A stretch of DNA of 64,000 nucleotides. Origin: Eledone cirrhosa. Lineage: Eukaryota. The stretch lies in contig OZ024744.1 in NCBI GenBank assembly GCA_964016885.1, positions 101,680,001 to 101,744,000 on the forward strand. The letters are read 5' to 3'. Numbering within the stretch: position 1 is the stretch's first letter; each line of letters begins with the position of its first letter. The translations under genes and the position numbers were made by a program. Of this stretch, positions 52,701 through 64,000 are shown piece after piece. Under the pieces are notes generated by a model. It did no database searches. It was given only the letters and a program-made list of their open reading frames with translations, and was not told where the DNA came from.

Positions 52701-55700
52701 TTTATTGTTGGCTTTGTTTATTGTTGGCTTTGTTTATTGTTGGTTTGTTTATTATTGGCTTTGTTTATTGTTGTTTTGCTTATTTGTGGCTTTGTTTAAT
52801 GTTGGTTTGTTTATTGTTGGCTTTGTTTATTGTTGGTTTGTTTATTATTGGCTTTAATTATTGTTGGTTTGTCTATTGTTGGCTTTGTTTATTGTTGCTT
52901 TGTTTGTTGTTGGCTTTGTTTATTGTTGGTTTGTTTATTGTTGGCTTTGTTTATTGTTGGTTTGTTTATTGTTGGCTTTGTTTATTGTTGGTTTGTTTAT
53001 TGTTGGCTTTGTTTATTGTTGGTTTGTTTATTATTTGCTTTGTTTATTATTGGTTTGTTTTATTGTTGGCTTTGTTTATTTTTGGTTCCTTTATTGTTGG
53101 CTTTGTTTATTGTTGGTTTGTTTATTGTTGGCTTTGTTTATTGTTGGTTTGTTTATTGTTGGCTTTTTTTATTGTTGGTTTGTTTATTGTTGGCTTTGTT
53201 TCTTGTTGGTTTGTTTATTATTGGCTTTGTTTATTGTTGGTTTCTTTATTGTTGGTTTGTTTTTTGTTAGTTTGTTTATTGTTGTCTTTGTTTATTTTTG
53301 GTTTGTTTATTGCCGGCTTTGTTTATTGTTGGTTTGTTTATTGTTGGCTTTCTTTATTGTTGGTTTGTTTATTATTGGCTTGGTTTATTGTTGGTTTATT
53401 TATTGTTGGTTTGTTTATTATTGGCTTTGTTTATTGTTGGTTTGTTTATTGTTGGCTTTGTTTATTGTTGGTTTGTTTATTATTGGCTTTGTTTATTTTT
53501 GGTTTGTTTATTGTTGGCTTTGTATATTTTTGGTTTGTTTATATACTGGCTTTGTTTATTGTTGGTTTGTTTATTGTTGGCTTTGTTAATAGTTGGTTTG
53601 TTTATTGTTGGTTTGTTTATTGTTGGCTTTGTTTATTGTTGGTTTGTTTATTGCTGGCTTTGTTTAATGTTAGTTTGTTTATTGTTGGCTTTGTTTATTT
53701 TTTGTTTGTTTATTGTTGGCTTTGTTTATTGTTGGTTTGTTTATTGTTGGCTCTGTTTATTGTTGGTTTGTTTATTGTTCGCTTTCTTTATTGTTGGTTT
53801 GTTTATTATTGGCTTTGTTTATTGTTGGTTTGTTTATTGTTGGCTTTGTTTAATGTTGGTTTGTTTATTGTTGGCTTCGTTTATTGCTGGTTTGTTTATT
53901 GGTGGCTTTGTTTATTGTTGGTTTGTTTATTGTTGGCTTTGTTTATTGTTGGCTTTGTTTATTGTTGGTTTGTTTATTATTGGCTTTGTTTATTGTTGTT
54001 TTGCTTATTTGTGGCTTTCTTTAATGTTGGTTTGTTTTTTGTTGGCTTTGTTTATTGTTGGTTTGTTTATTATTGGCTTTAATTATTGTTGGTTTGTCTA
54101 TTGTTGGCTTTGTTTATTGTTGCTTTCTTTATTGTTGGTTTGTTTATTGTTGGCTTTGTTTATTGCTCGTTTGTTTAGTGTTGGTTTGTTTATTGTTGGC
54201 TTTGTTTATTGTTGGTTTGTTTATTGTTGGCTTTGTTTATTGTTGTTTTGTTTATTATTTGCTTTGTTTATTGTTGGTTTGTTTATTGTTGGCTTTGTTT
54301 ATTTTTGGTTTGTTTATTACTGGCTTTGTTTATTGTTGGTTTGTTTATTGTTGGTTTTGTTTATTGTTGGTTTGTTTATTGTTGGCTTTGTTTATTGTTG
54401 GGTTTTTTATTGCAGGCTTTGTTTAATGTTGGTTTGTTTTATTGTTGGATTTGTTTATTTTTGGTTCCTTTGTTGTTGGCTTTGTTTATTGTTGGTTTGT
54501 TTATTGTTGGCTTTGTTTATTTTTGGTTTGTTTATTGTTGGCTTTTTTTATTGTTGGTTTGTTTATTGTTGGCTTTGTTTATTGTTGGTTTGTTTATTAT
54601 TGGCTTTGTTTATTGTTGGTTTCTTTATTGTTGGCTTTGTTTATTGTTGGTTTGTTTATTGTTGGCTTTGTTTATTGTTGGTTTGTTTATTGGTGGATTT
54701 GTTTATTGTTGGTTTGTTTATTGTTGGCTTTGTATATTGTTGGGTTTGTTTATTGTTGGTTTGTTTATTGTTGGCTTTGTTTATTGTTGGTTTGCTTATT
54801 GGTGGCTTTGTTTATTGTTGGTTTGTTTATTGTTGGCTTTGTTAATTGTTGGTTTATTTATTATTGGCTTTAATTATTGTTGGTTTGTCTATTGTTGGCT
54901 CTGTTTATTGTTGGTTTGTTTATTGTTGGCTTTGTGTATTATTGGCTTTGTTTATTGTTGGTTTGTTTATTGTTGCTTTGTTTATTGTTGGTTTGTTCAT
55001 TGTTGGTTTGTTTATTGTTGGTTTGTTTATTGTTGTTTTTTTTATTGTAGGCTTTGTTTAATGTTGGTTCGTTTATTGTTGGTTTTTTTATTTTTGGTTT
55101 GTTTTTTATTAGTTTGTTTATTGTTGGTTTGTTTATTGTTGGCTTTGTTTATTGTTGGTTTGTTTATTGTTGGCTTTGTTTCTGGTTTGTTTGTTTATTA
55201 TTGGCTTCGTTTATTTTTGTTTTGTTTATTGTTGGCTTTGTATATTTTTGGTTTGTTTATATACTGGCTTTGTTTATTGTTGGTTTGTTTATTGTTGGCT
55301 TTGTTTATAGTTGGTTTGTTTATTGTTGGTTTGTTTATTGTTGGCTTTGTTTATTGTTGGTTTGTTTATTGCTGGCTTTGTTTAATGTTAGTTTGTTTAT
55401 TGTTGGCTATGTTTATTTTTTGTTTGTTTATTGTTGGCTTTGTTTATTGTTGGTTTGTTTATTGTTGGTTTGTTTATTGTTGGCTTTGTTTATTGTTGGT
55501 TTGTTTATTGTTCGCTTTCTTTATTGTTGGTTTGTTTATTATTGGCTTTGTTTATTGTTGGTTTGTTTATTATTGGCTTTGTTTATTGTTGGTTTGTTTA
55601 TTGTTGGCTTTGTTTATTGCTGGTTTGTTTGTTGGTGGCTTTGTTTATTGTTGGTTTGTTTATTGTTGGCTTTGTTTATTGTTGGCTTTGTTTATTGTTG

Positions 55701-58700
55701 GTTTGTTTATTATTGGCTTTGTTTATTGTTGTTTTGGTTATTTGTGGCTTTGTTTATTGTTGGTTTGTTTATTGTTGGCTTTGTTTATTGTTGGTTTGTT
55801 TATTATTGGCTTTAATTATTGTTGGTTTGTCTATTGTTGGCTTTGTTTATTGTTGGTTTGTTTATTGTTGGTTTTGTTTATTGTTGCTTTCTTTATTGTT
55901 GGTTTGTTTATTGTTGGCTTTGTTTATTGCTCGTTTGTTTATTGTTGGTTTGTTTATTGTTGGCTTTGTTTATTGTTGGTTTGTTTATTGTTGGCTTTGT
56001 TTATTGTTGGTTTGTTTATTGTTGGCTTTGTTTATTGTTGGTTTGTTTATTGTTGGCTTTGTTTATTATGGGTTTGTTTATTGTTGGCTTTTTTTATTGT
56101 TGGTTTGTTTATTGTTGGCTTTGTTTATTGTTCGTTTGCTTATTGTTGATTTATTTATTGTTGGCTTTGTTTATTGTTGGTTTGTTTATTGTTGGTTTTG
56201 TTTATTGTTGGTTTGTTTATTATTTGCTTTGTTTATTGTTGGTTTGTATATTGTTGGCTTTGTTTATTTTTGGTTTGTTTATTACTGGCTTTGTATATTG
56301 TTGGTTTGTTTATTGTCGGCTTTGTTTATTGTTGGTTTGTTTATTGTTGGCTTTGTTTATTGTTGGGTTTTTTATTGCAGGCTTTGTTTAATGTTGGTTT
56401 GTTTTATTGTTGGCTTTGTTTATTTTTGGTTCCTTTATTGTTGGCTTTGTTTATTGTTGGTTTGTTTATTGTTGGCTTTGTTTATTGTTGGTTTGTTTAT
56501 TGTTGGCTTTTTTATTGTTGGTTTGTTTATTGTTGGCTTTGTTTATTGTTGGTTTGTTTATTATTGGCTTTGTTTATCGTTGGTTTCTTTATTGTTGGCT
56601 TTGTTTATTGATGGTTTGTTTATTGTTGGCTTTGTTTATTGTTGGTTTGTTTATTGGTGGCTTTGTTTATTGTTGGTTTGTTTATTGTTGGCTCTGTTTA
56701 TTGTTGGCTTTGTTTATTGTTGGTTTGTTTATTATTGGCTTTAATTATTGTTGGTTTGTCTATTGTTGGCTTTGTTTATTGTTGGTTTGTTTATTGTCGG
56801 TTTTGTTTATTGTTGCTTTCTTTATTGTTGGTTTGTTTATTGTTGGCTTTGTTTATTGCTCGTTTGTTTATTGTTGGTTTGTTTATTGTTGGCTTTGTTT
56901 ATTGTTGGTTTGTTTATTGTTGGCTTTGTTTATTGTTGGTTTGTTTATTGTTGGCTTTGTTTATTGTTGGGTTTTTTATTGCAGGCTTTGTTCAATGTTG
57001 TTTTGTTTTATTGTTGACTTTGTTTATTTTTGGTTCCTTTATTGTTGGCTTTGTTTATTGTTGGTTTGTTTATTGTTGGCTTTGTTTATTGTTGGTTTGT
57101 TTATTGTTGGCTTTTTTTATTGTTGGTTTGTTTATTGTTGGCTTTGTTTCTTGTTGGTTTGTTTATTGGTGGATTTGTTTATTGTTGGTTTGCTTATTGG
57201 TGGCTTTGTTTATTGTTGGTTTGTTTATTGTTGGCTTTGTTAATTGTTGGTAAATTTATTATTGGCTTTAATTATTGTTGGTTTGTTTATTGTTGGTTTG
57301 TTTATTGTTGGCTTTGTTTATTCTTGGTTTGTTTATTGCTGGCTTTGTTTAATTTTAGTTTGTTTATTGTTGGCTTTGTTTATTTTTTGTTTGTTTATTG
57401 TTGGCTTTGTTTATTGTTAGTTTGTTTATTGTTGGTTTGTTTATTGTTGGTTTGTTTATTGTTGGCTTTGTTTATTGTTGGTTTGTTTATTGTTCGCTTT
57501 CTTTATTGTTGGTTTGTTTATTATTGGCTTTGTTTATTGTTGGTTTGATTATTGTTGGCTTTGTTTATTGTTGGTTTGTTCATTGTTGGCTTTGTTTATT
57601 TTTTGTTTGTTTATTGTTGGCTTTGTTTATTGTTGGTTTGTTTATTGTTGGTTTGTTTATTGTTGGCTTTGTTTATTGTTGGTTTGTTTATTGTTAGCTT
57701 TGTTTATTGTTGGTTTGCTTATTATTGGCTTTAATTATTGTTGGTTTGTCTATTGTTGGCTTTGTTTATTGTTGGTTTCTTTATTGTTGGCTTTGTGTAT
57801 TGTTGGTTTGTTTATTGTTGGCTTTGTTTATTGTGGGTTTGTTTATTGTTGGCTTTTTTATTGTTGGTTTGTTATTGTTGGCTTTGTTTATTGTTCGTTT
57901 GTTTATTGTTGGTTTGTTTATTGTTGGCTTTGTTTATTGTTGGTTTGTTTATTGTTGGCTTTGTTTATTGTTGGTTTGTTTATTGTTGGCTTTGTTTATT
58001 GTTGGTTTGTTTATTGTTGGCTTTGTTTATTATGGGTTTGTTTATTGTTGGCTTTTTTTATTGTTGGTTTGTTTATTGTTGGCTTTGTTTATTGTTCGTT
58101 TGCTTATTGTTGATTTATTTATTGTTGGCTTTGTTTATTGTTGGTTTGTTTATTGTTGGCTTTGTTTATTGTTGGTTTGTTTATTATTTGCTTTGTTTAT
58201 TGTTGGTTTGTTTATTGTTGGCTTTGTTTATTTTTGGTTTGTTTATTACTGGCTTTGTTTATTGTTGGTTTGTTTATTGTCGGCTTTGTTTATTGTTGGT
58301 TTGTTTATTGTTGGCTTTGTTTATTGTTGGGTTTTTTATTGCAGGCTTTGTTTAATGTTGGTTTGTTTTATTGTTGGCTTTGTTTATTTTTGGTTCCTTT
58401 ATTGTTGGCTTTGTTTATTGTTGGTTTGTTTATTGTTGGCTTTGTTTATTGTTGGTTTGTTTATTGTTGGCTTTTTTATTGTTGGTTTGTGTATTGTTGG
58501 CTTTGTTTATTGTTGGTTTGTTTATTATTGGCTTTGTTTATTGTTGGTTTCTTTATTGTTGGCTTTGTTTATTGATGGTTGGTTTATTGTTGGCTTTGTT
58601 TATTGTTGGTTTGTTTATTGGTGGCTTTGTTTAATGTTGGTTTGTTTATTGTTGGCTCTGTTTATTGTTGGCTTTGTTTATTGTTGGTTTGTTTATTATT

Positions 58701-59289
58701 GGCTTTAATTATTGTTGGTTTGTCTATTGTTGGCTTTGTTTATTGTTGGTTTGTTTATTGTCGGTTTTGTTTATTGTTGCTTTCTTTATTGTTGGTTTGT
58801 TTATTGTTGGCTTTGTTTATTGCTCGTTTGTTTATTGTTGGTTTGTTTATTGTTGGGTTTGTTTATTGTTGGTTTGTTTATTGTTGGCTTTGTTTATTGT
58901 TGGTTTGTTTATTGTTGGCTTTGTTTATTGTTGGGTTTTTTATTGCAGGCTTTGTTTAATGTTGGTTTGTTTTATTGTTGGCTTTGTTTATTTTTGGTTC
59001 CTTTATTGTTGGCTTTGTTTATTGTTGGTTTGTTTATTGTTGGCTTTGTTTATTGTTGGTTTGTTTATTGTTGCCTTTTTTTATTGTTGGTTTGTTTATT
59101 GTTGGCTTTGTTTATTGTTGGTTTGTTTATTGGTGGATTTGTTTATTGTTGGTTTGCTTATTGGTGGCTTTGTTTATTGTTGGTTTGTTTATTGTTGGCT
59201 TTGTTAATTGTTGGTATATTTATTATTGGCTTTAATTATTGTTGGTTTGTTTATTGTTGGTTTTTTTATTGTTGGTTTGTTTATTGTTG
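40050..59289. repeat. Tandem duplication of a ~9.5-9.7-kb HOR unit (~40050-49770 and ~49771-59289) with several monomer-scale indels
   Basis: ORF offsets 40258/49982 (9724), 41759/51451 (9692), 43605/53298 (9693), 45138/54846 (9708), 46668/56407 (9739), 49060/58579 (9519). The private variant 'gttcaatgttgttttg' occurs at ~47251 and ~56990. Confidence 0.92.
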
Positions 59290-62200
59290 GTTTGTTTATT
59301 GTTGGTTTGTTTATTGTTGGTTTGTTTATTGTTGGCTTTGTTTATTCTTGGTTTGTTTATTGCTGGCTTTGTTTAATTTTAGTTTGTTTATTGTTGGCTT
59401 TGTTTATTTTTTGTTTGTTTATTGTTGGCTTTGTTTATTGTTGGTTTGTTTATTGTTCGCTTTCTTTATTGTTGGTTTGATTATTGTTGGCTTTGTTTAT
59501 TGTTGGTTTGTTTATTGTTGGCTTTGTTTATTGTTGGCTTTGTTTATTGTTGGTTTGTTTATTATTGGCTTTGTTTATTGTTGTTTTGTTTATTTGTGGC
59601 TTTGTTTATTGTTGGTTTGTTTATTGTTAGCTTTGTTTATTGTTGGTTTGTTTATTATTGGCTTTAATTATTGTTGGTTTGTCTATTGTTGGCTTTGTTT
59701 ATTGTTGGTTTCTTTATTGTTGGCTTTGTTTATTGTGGGTTTGTTTATTGTTGGCTTTTTTATTGTTGGTTTGTTATTGTTGGCTTTGTTTATTGTTCGT
59801 TTGTTTATTGTTGGTTTGTTTATTGTTGGCTTTGTTTATTGTTGGTTTGTTTATTGTTGGCTTTGTTTATTGTTGGTTTGTTTATTGTTGGCTTTGTTTA
59901 TTGCTGGTTTGTTTATTGTTGGTTTGTTTATTGTTGGCTTTGTTTATTGTTGGTTTGTTTATTGTTCGCTTTCTTTATTGTTGGTTTGTTTATTATTGGC
60001 TTTGTTTATTGTTGGTTTGATTATTGTTGGCTTTGTTTATTGTTGGTTTGTTCATTGTTGGCTTTGTTTATTGCTGGTTTGTTTATTGGTGGCTTTGTTT
60101 ATTGTTGGTTTGTTTATTGTTGGCTTTATTTATTGTTGGCTTTGTTTATTGTTGGTTTGTTTATTATTGGCTTTGTTTATTGTTGTTTTGCTTATTTGTG
60201 GTTTTGTTTATTGTTGGTTTGTTTATTGTTAGCTTTGTTTATTATTGGTTTGTTTATTATTGGCTTTAATTATTGTTGGTTTGTCTATTGTTGGCTTTGT
60301 TTATTGTTGGTTTGTTTATTGTTGGTTTGTTATTGTTGGCTTTGTTTATTGTTGGTTTGTTTATTGTTGGCTTTGTTTATTGTTGGTTTGTTTATTGTTG
60401 GCTTAGTTTATTGTTGGTTTGTTTATTGTTGGCTTTGTTTATTATGGGTTTGTTTATTGTTGGCTTTTTTATTGTTGGTTTGTTTATTGTTGGCTTTGTT
60501 TATTGTTCGTTTGCTTATTGTTGATTTATTTATTGTTGGCTTTGTTTATTGTTGGTTTGTTTATTGTTGGCTTTGTTTATTGTTGGCTTTGTTTATTGTT
60601 GGTTTGTTTATTGTTGGCTTTGTTTATTGTTGGTTTGTTTATTGTTGGCTTTGTTTATTGTTGGTTTGTTTATTATTGGCTTTAATTATTGTTGGTTTGT
60701 CTATTGTTGGCTTTGTTTATTGTTGGTTTCTTTATTGTTGGCTTTGTTTATTGTTGGTTTGTTTATTGTTGGCTTTGTTTATTGTGGGTTTCTTTATTGT
60801 TGGCTTTTTTTATTGTTGGTTTTTTATTGTTGGCTTTGTTTATTGTTCGTTTGTTTATTGTTGGTTTGTTTATTGTTGGCTTTGTTTATTGTTGGTTTGT
60901 TTATTGTTGGCTTTGTTTATTGTTGGTTTGTTTATTATTTGCTTTGTTTATTGTTGGTTTGTTTATTGTTGGCTTTGTTTATTTTTGGTTTGTTTATTAC
61001 TGGCTTTGTTTATTGTTGGTTTGTTTATTGTCGGCTTTGTTTATTGTTGGTTTGTTTATTGTTGGCTTTGTTTATTGTTGGTTTGTTTATTGTTGGCTTT
61101 GTTTATTTTTGGTTCCTTTATTGTTGTCTTTGTTTATTGTTGGTTTGTTTATTGTTGGCTTTGTTTATTTTTGGTTTGTTTATTGTTGGCTTTTTTTATT
61201 GTTGGTTTGTTTATTGTTGGCTTTGTTTATTGTTGGTTTGTTTATTGTTGGCTTTGTTTATTGTTGGTTTCTTTATTGTTGGCTTTGTTTATTGATGGTT
61301 TGTTTATTGTTGGCTTTGTTTATTGTTGGTTTGTTTATTGGTGGCTTTGTTTTTTGTTGGTTTGTTTATTGTTGGCTTTGTTTATTGTTGGCTTAGTTTA
61401 TTGTTGGTTTGTTTATTATTGGCTTTAATTATTGTTGGTTTGTCTATTGTTGGCTTTGTTTATTGTTGGTTTGTTTATTGTTGGTTTTGTTTATGGTTGC
61501 TTTCTTTATTGTTGGTTTGTTTATTGTTGGCTTTGTTAATTGCTCGTTTGTTTATTGTTGGTTTGTTTATTGTTGGCTTTGTCTATTGTTGGTTTGTTTA
61601 TTGTTGGCTTTGTTTATTGTTGGTTTGTTTATTATTTGCTTTGTTTATTGTTGGTTTGTTTATTGTTGGCTTTGTTTATTTTTGGTTTGTTTATTACTTG
61701 CTTTGTTTATTGTTGGTTTGTTTATTGTTGGCTTTGTTTATTGTTGGTTTGTTTATTGTTGGCTTTATTTATTGTTGGGTTTTTTATTGCAGGCTTTATT
61801 TAATGTTGGTTTGTTTTATTGTTGGCTTTGTTTATTTTTGGTTCCTTTATTGTTGGCTTTGTTTATTGTTGGTTTGTTTATTGTTGGCTTTGTTTATTGT
61901 TGGTTTGTTTATTGTTGGCTTTTTTTATTGTTGGTTTGTTTATTGTTGGCTTTGTATATTGTTGGTTTGTTTATTGGTGGATTTGTTTATTGTTGGTTTG
62001 TTTATTGTTGGCTTTGTTAATTGTTGGTTTATTTATTATTGGCTTTAATTATTGTAGGTTTGTTTATTGTTGGTTTGTTTATTGTTGGTTTGTTTATTGT
62101 TGCTTTGTTTATTGTTGGTTTGTTTATTGTTGGTTTGTTTATTGTTGGTTTGTTTATTGTTGGTTTGTTTATTGTAGGCTTTGTTTAATGTTCGTTCGTT

Positions 62201-64000
62201 TATTGTTGGTTTCTTTATTGTTGGTTTGTTATTTGTTAGTTTGTTTATTGTTGTCTTTGTTTATTTTTGGTTTGCTTATTGTTGGCTTTGTTTATTGTTG
62301 GTTTGTTTATTGTTGGCTTTGTTTATTGTTGGTTTGTTTATTATTTGCTTTGTTTAATGTTGGTTTGTTTTATTGTTGGCTTTGTTTATTTTTGGTTCCT
62401 TTATTGTTGGCTTTGTTTATTGTTGGTTTGTTTATTGTTGGCTTTGTTTATTGTTGGTTTGTTTATTGTTGGCTTTTTTATTGTTGGTTTGTTTATTGTT
62501 GGCTTTGTTTATTGTTGGTTTGTTTATTATTGGCTTTCTTTATTGTTGGTTTCTTTATTGTTGGCTTTGTTTATTGATGGTTTGTTTATTGTTGGCTTTG
62601 TTTATTGTTGGTTTGTTTATTGGTGGCTTTGTTTATTGTTGGTTTGTTTATTGTTGGCTCTGTTTATTGTTGGCTTTGTTTATGGTTGGTTTGTTTATTA
62701 TTGGCTTTAATTATTGTTGGTTTGTCTATTGTTGGCTTTGTTTATTGTTGGTTTGTTTATTGTCGGTTTTGTTTATTGTTGCTTTCTTTATTGTTGGTTT
62801 GTTTATTGTTGGCTTTGTTTATTGCTCGTTTGTTTATTGTTGGTTTGTTTATTGTTGGCTTTGTTTATTGTTGGTTTGTTTATTGTTGGCTTTGTATATT
62901 GTTGGTTTGTTTATTGTTGGCTTTGTTTATTGTTGGGTTTTTTATTGCAGGCTTTGTTTAATGTTGGTTTGTTTTATTGTTGGCTCTGTTTATTTTTGGT
63001 TCCTTTATTGTTGGCTTTGTTTATTGTTGGTTTGTTTATTGTTGGCTTTGTTTATTGTTGGTTTGTTTATTGTTGGCTTTTTTTATTGTTGGTTTGTTTA
63101 TTGTTGGCTTTGTTTATTGTTGGTTTGTTTATTGGTGGATTTGTTTATTGTTGGTTTGCTTATTGGTGGCTTTGTTTATTGTTGGTTTGTTTATTGTTGG
63201 CTTTGTTAATTGTTGGTATATTTATTATTGGCTTTAATTATTGTTGGTTTGTTTATTGTTGGTTTGTTTATTGTTGGTTTGTTTATTGTTGCTTTGTTTA
63301 TTGTTGGTTTGTTTATTGTTGGTTTGTTTATTGTTGGCTTTGTTTATTCTTGGTTTGTTTATTGCTGGCTTTGTGTAATTTTAGTTTGTTTATTGTTGGC
63401 TTTGTTTATTTTTTGTTTGTTTATTGTTGGCTTTGTTTATTGTTGGTTTGTTTATTGTTGGTTTGTTTATTGTTGGCTTTGTTTATTGTTGGTTTGTTTA
63501 TTGTTCGCTTTCTTTATTGTTGGTTTGTTTATTATTGGCTTTGTTTATTGTTGGTTTGATTATTGTTTGCTTTGTTTATTGTTGGTTTGTTCATTGTTGG
63601 CTTTGTTTATTGCTGGTTTGTTTATTGGTGGCTTTGTTTATTGTTGGTTTGTTTATTGTTGGCTTTGTTTATTGTTGGCTTTGTTTATTGTTGGTTTGTT
63701 TATTATTGGCTTTGTTTATTGTTGTTTTGCTTATGTGTGGCTTTGTTTATTGTTGGTTTGTTTATTGTTAGCTTTGTTTATTGTTGGTTTGTTTATTATT
63801 GGTTTTAATTATTGTTGGTTTGTCTATTGTTGGCTTTGTTTATTGTTGGTTTCTTTATTGTTGGCTTTGTTTATTGTTGGTTTGTTTATTGTTGGCTTTG
63901 TTTATTGTGGGTTTGTTTATTGTTGGCTTTTTTTATTGTTGGTTTGTTATTGTTGGCTTTGTTTATTGTTCGTTTGTTTATTGTTGGTTTGTTTATTGTT

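Larger units (their letters stand above)
1..64000. repeat. Tandem satellite array; 31-bp dimer (GGTTTGTTTATTGTT + GGCTTTGTTTATTGTT), roughly 2,000 dimers or 4,100 monomers; runs off both window ends
   Basis: The repeat is visible in every line. 15- and 16-bp monomers mostly alternate, with scattered substitutions and small indels. No unique sequence and no reverse-orientation (AACAATAAAC) copy was seen. Confidence 0.99.

Noticed and set aside
3-63808. Hundreds of + strand ORFs up to 850 aa with hydrophobic LFIVG/FVYCW/LCLLL repeats, superficially like membrane proteins
   Set aside because: The consensus has no stop codon in any + frame, so ORFs overlap in all three frames with the same cyclic peptide. 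The 31-bp period and 1-2-bp indels show no frame conservation.
1-64000. Minus-strand N/K/Q/T-rich protein (NNKQT repeats), which would be open if TAA/TAG encode Gln as in the ciliate code
   Set aside because: No minus-strand ORFs exist under the standard code. Even with reassignment, the non-triplet period, free frameshifting indels and absence of any non-repetitive domain argue against coding.
1-64000. CRISPR array (31 bp is a CRISPR-like repeat length)
   Set aside because: Units are directly adjacent with no unique spacers, palindrome, leader or cas genes.
1-64000. Telomerase-synthesised telomeric tract
   Set aside because: The strand is T/G-rich, but kb-scale inherited variant patterns over more than 64 kb indicate recombination-based amplification rather than templated addition. 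It matches no telomere motif I recognise. A subtelomeric location is not excluded.
1-64000. G-quadruplex or hairpin-forming array
   Set aside because: There are only GG pairs spaced 13-14 nt apart, with rare isolated GGG. With almost no A or C on the strand, self-complementarity is negligible.
1-64000. Sequencing noise or bisulfite-type C-depletion artefact
   Set aside because: Variants recur identically in distant blocks, non-CpG C is retained in the 16-mer, and A is also depleted.
1-64000. Embedded transposon, rRNA/tRNA or other unique insert
   Set aside because: No non-satellite stretch was seen anywhere in the window.

Overview
The whole 64 kb window is one uninterrupted, single-orientation tandem satellite array, most likely eukaryotic heterochromatin; the organism cannot be identified from the sequence. 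The basic unit is a 31-bp dimer of a 15-bp monomer (GGTTTGTTTATTGTT) and a 16-bp monomer (GGCTTTGTTTATTGTT). The + strand consensus has 20 T, 8 G, 2 A and 1 C per 31 bp. I see no credible protein-coding genes, RNA genes, transposons or CRISPR arrays, and the many + strand ORFs arise because the consensus lacks stop codons on that strand. Shared point variants act as a barcode and reveal several layers of higher-order repeat (HOR) structure: 7/8-bp subunits, 15/16-bp monomers, the 31-bp dimer and an old ~2.1-kb (about 1.5 + 0.6 kb) variant cycle. More recent duplications sit on top: 217 bp, 683 bp, ~1.4-1.5 kb, 2989 bp (x3), 3671 bp nested in 5698 bp, and ~9.5-9.7 kb in tandem, plus a ~3-kb block copied 10.6 kb away. 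Each consensus monomer also carries overlapping Forkhead (ATAAACA), SOX/HMG (AACAAT) and AATAAA motifs on the minus strand. Periods were derived by eye and from offsets between identical ORF translations, so block edges are approximate to a few tens of bp.
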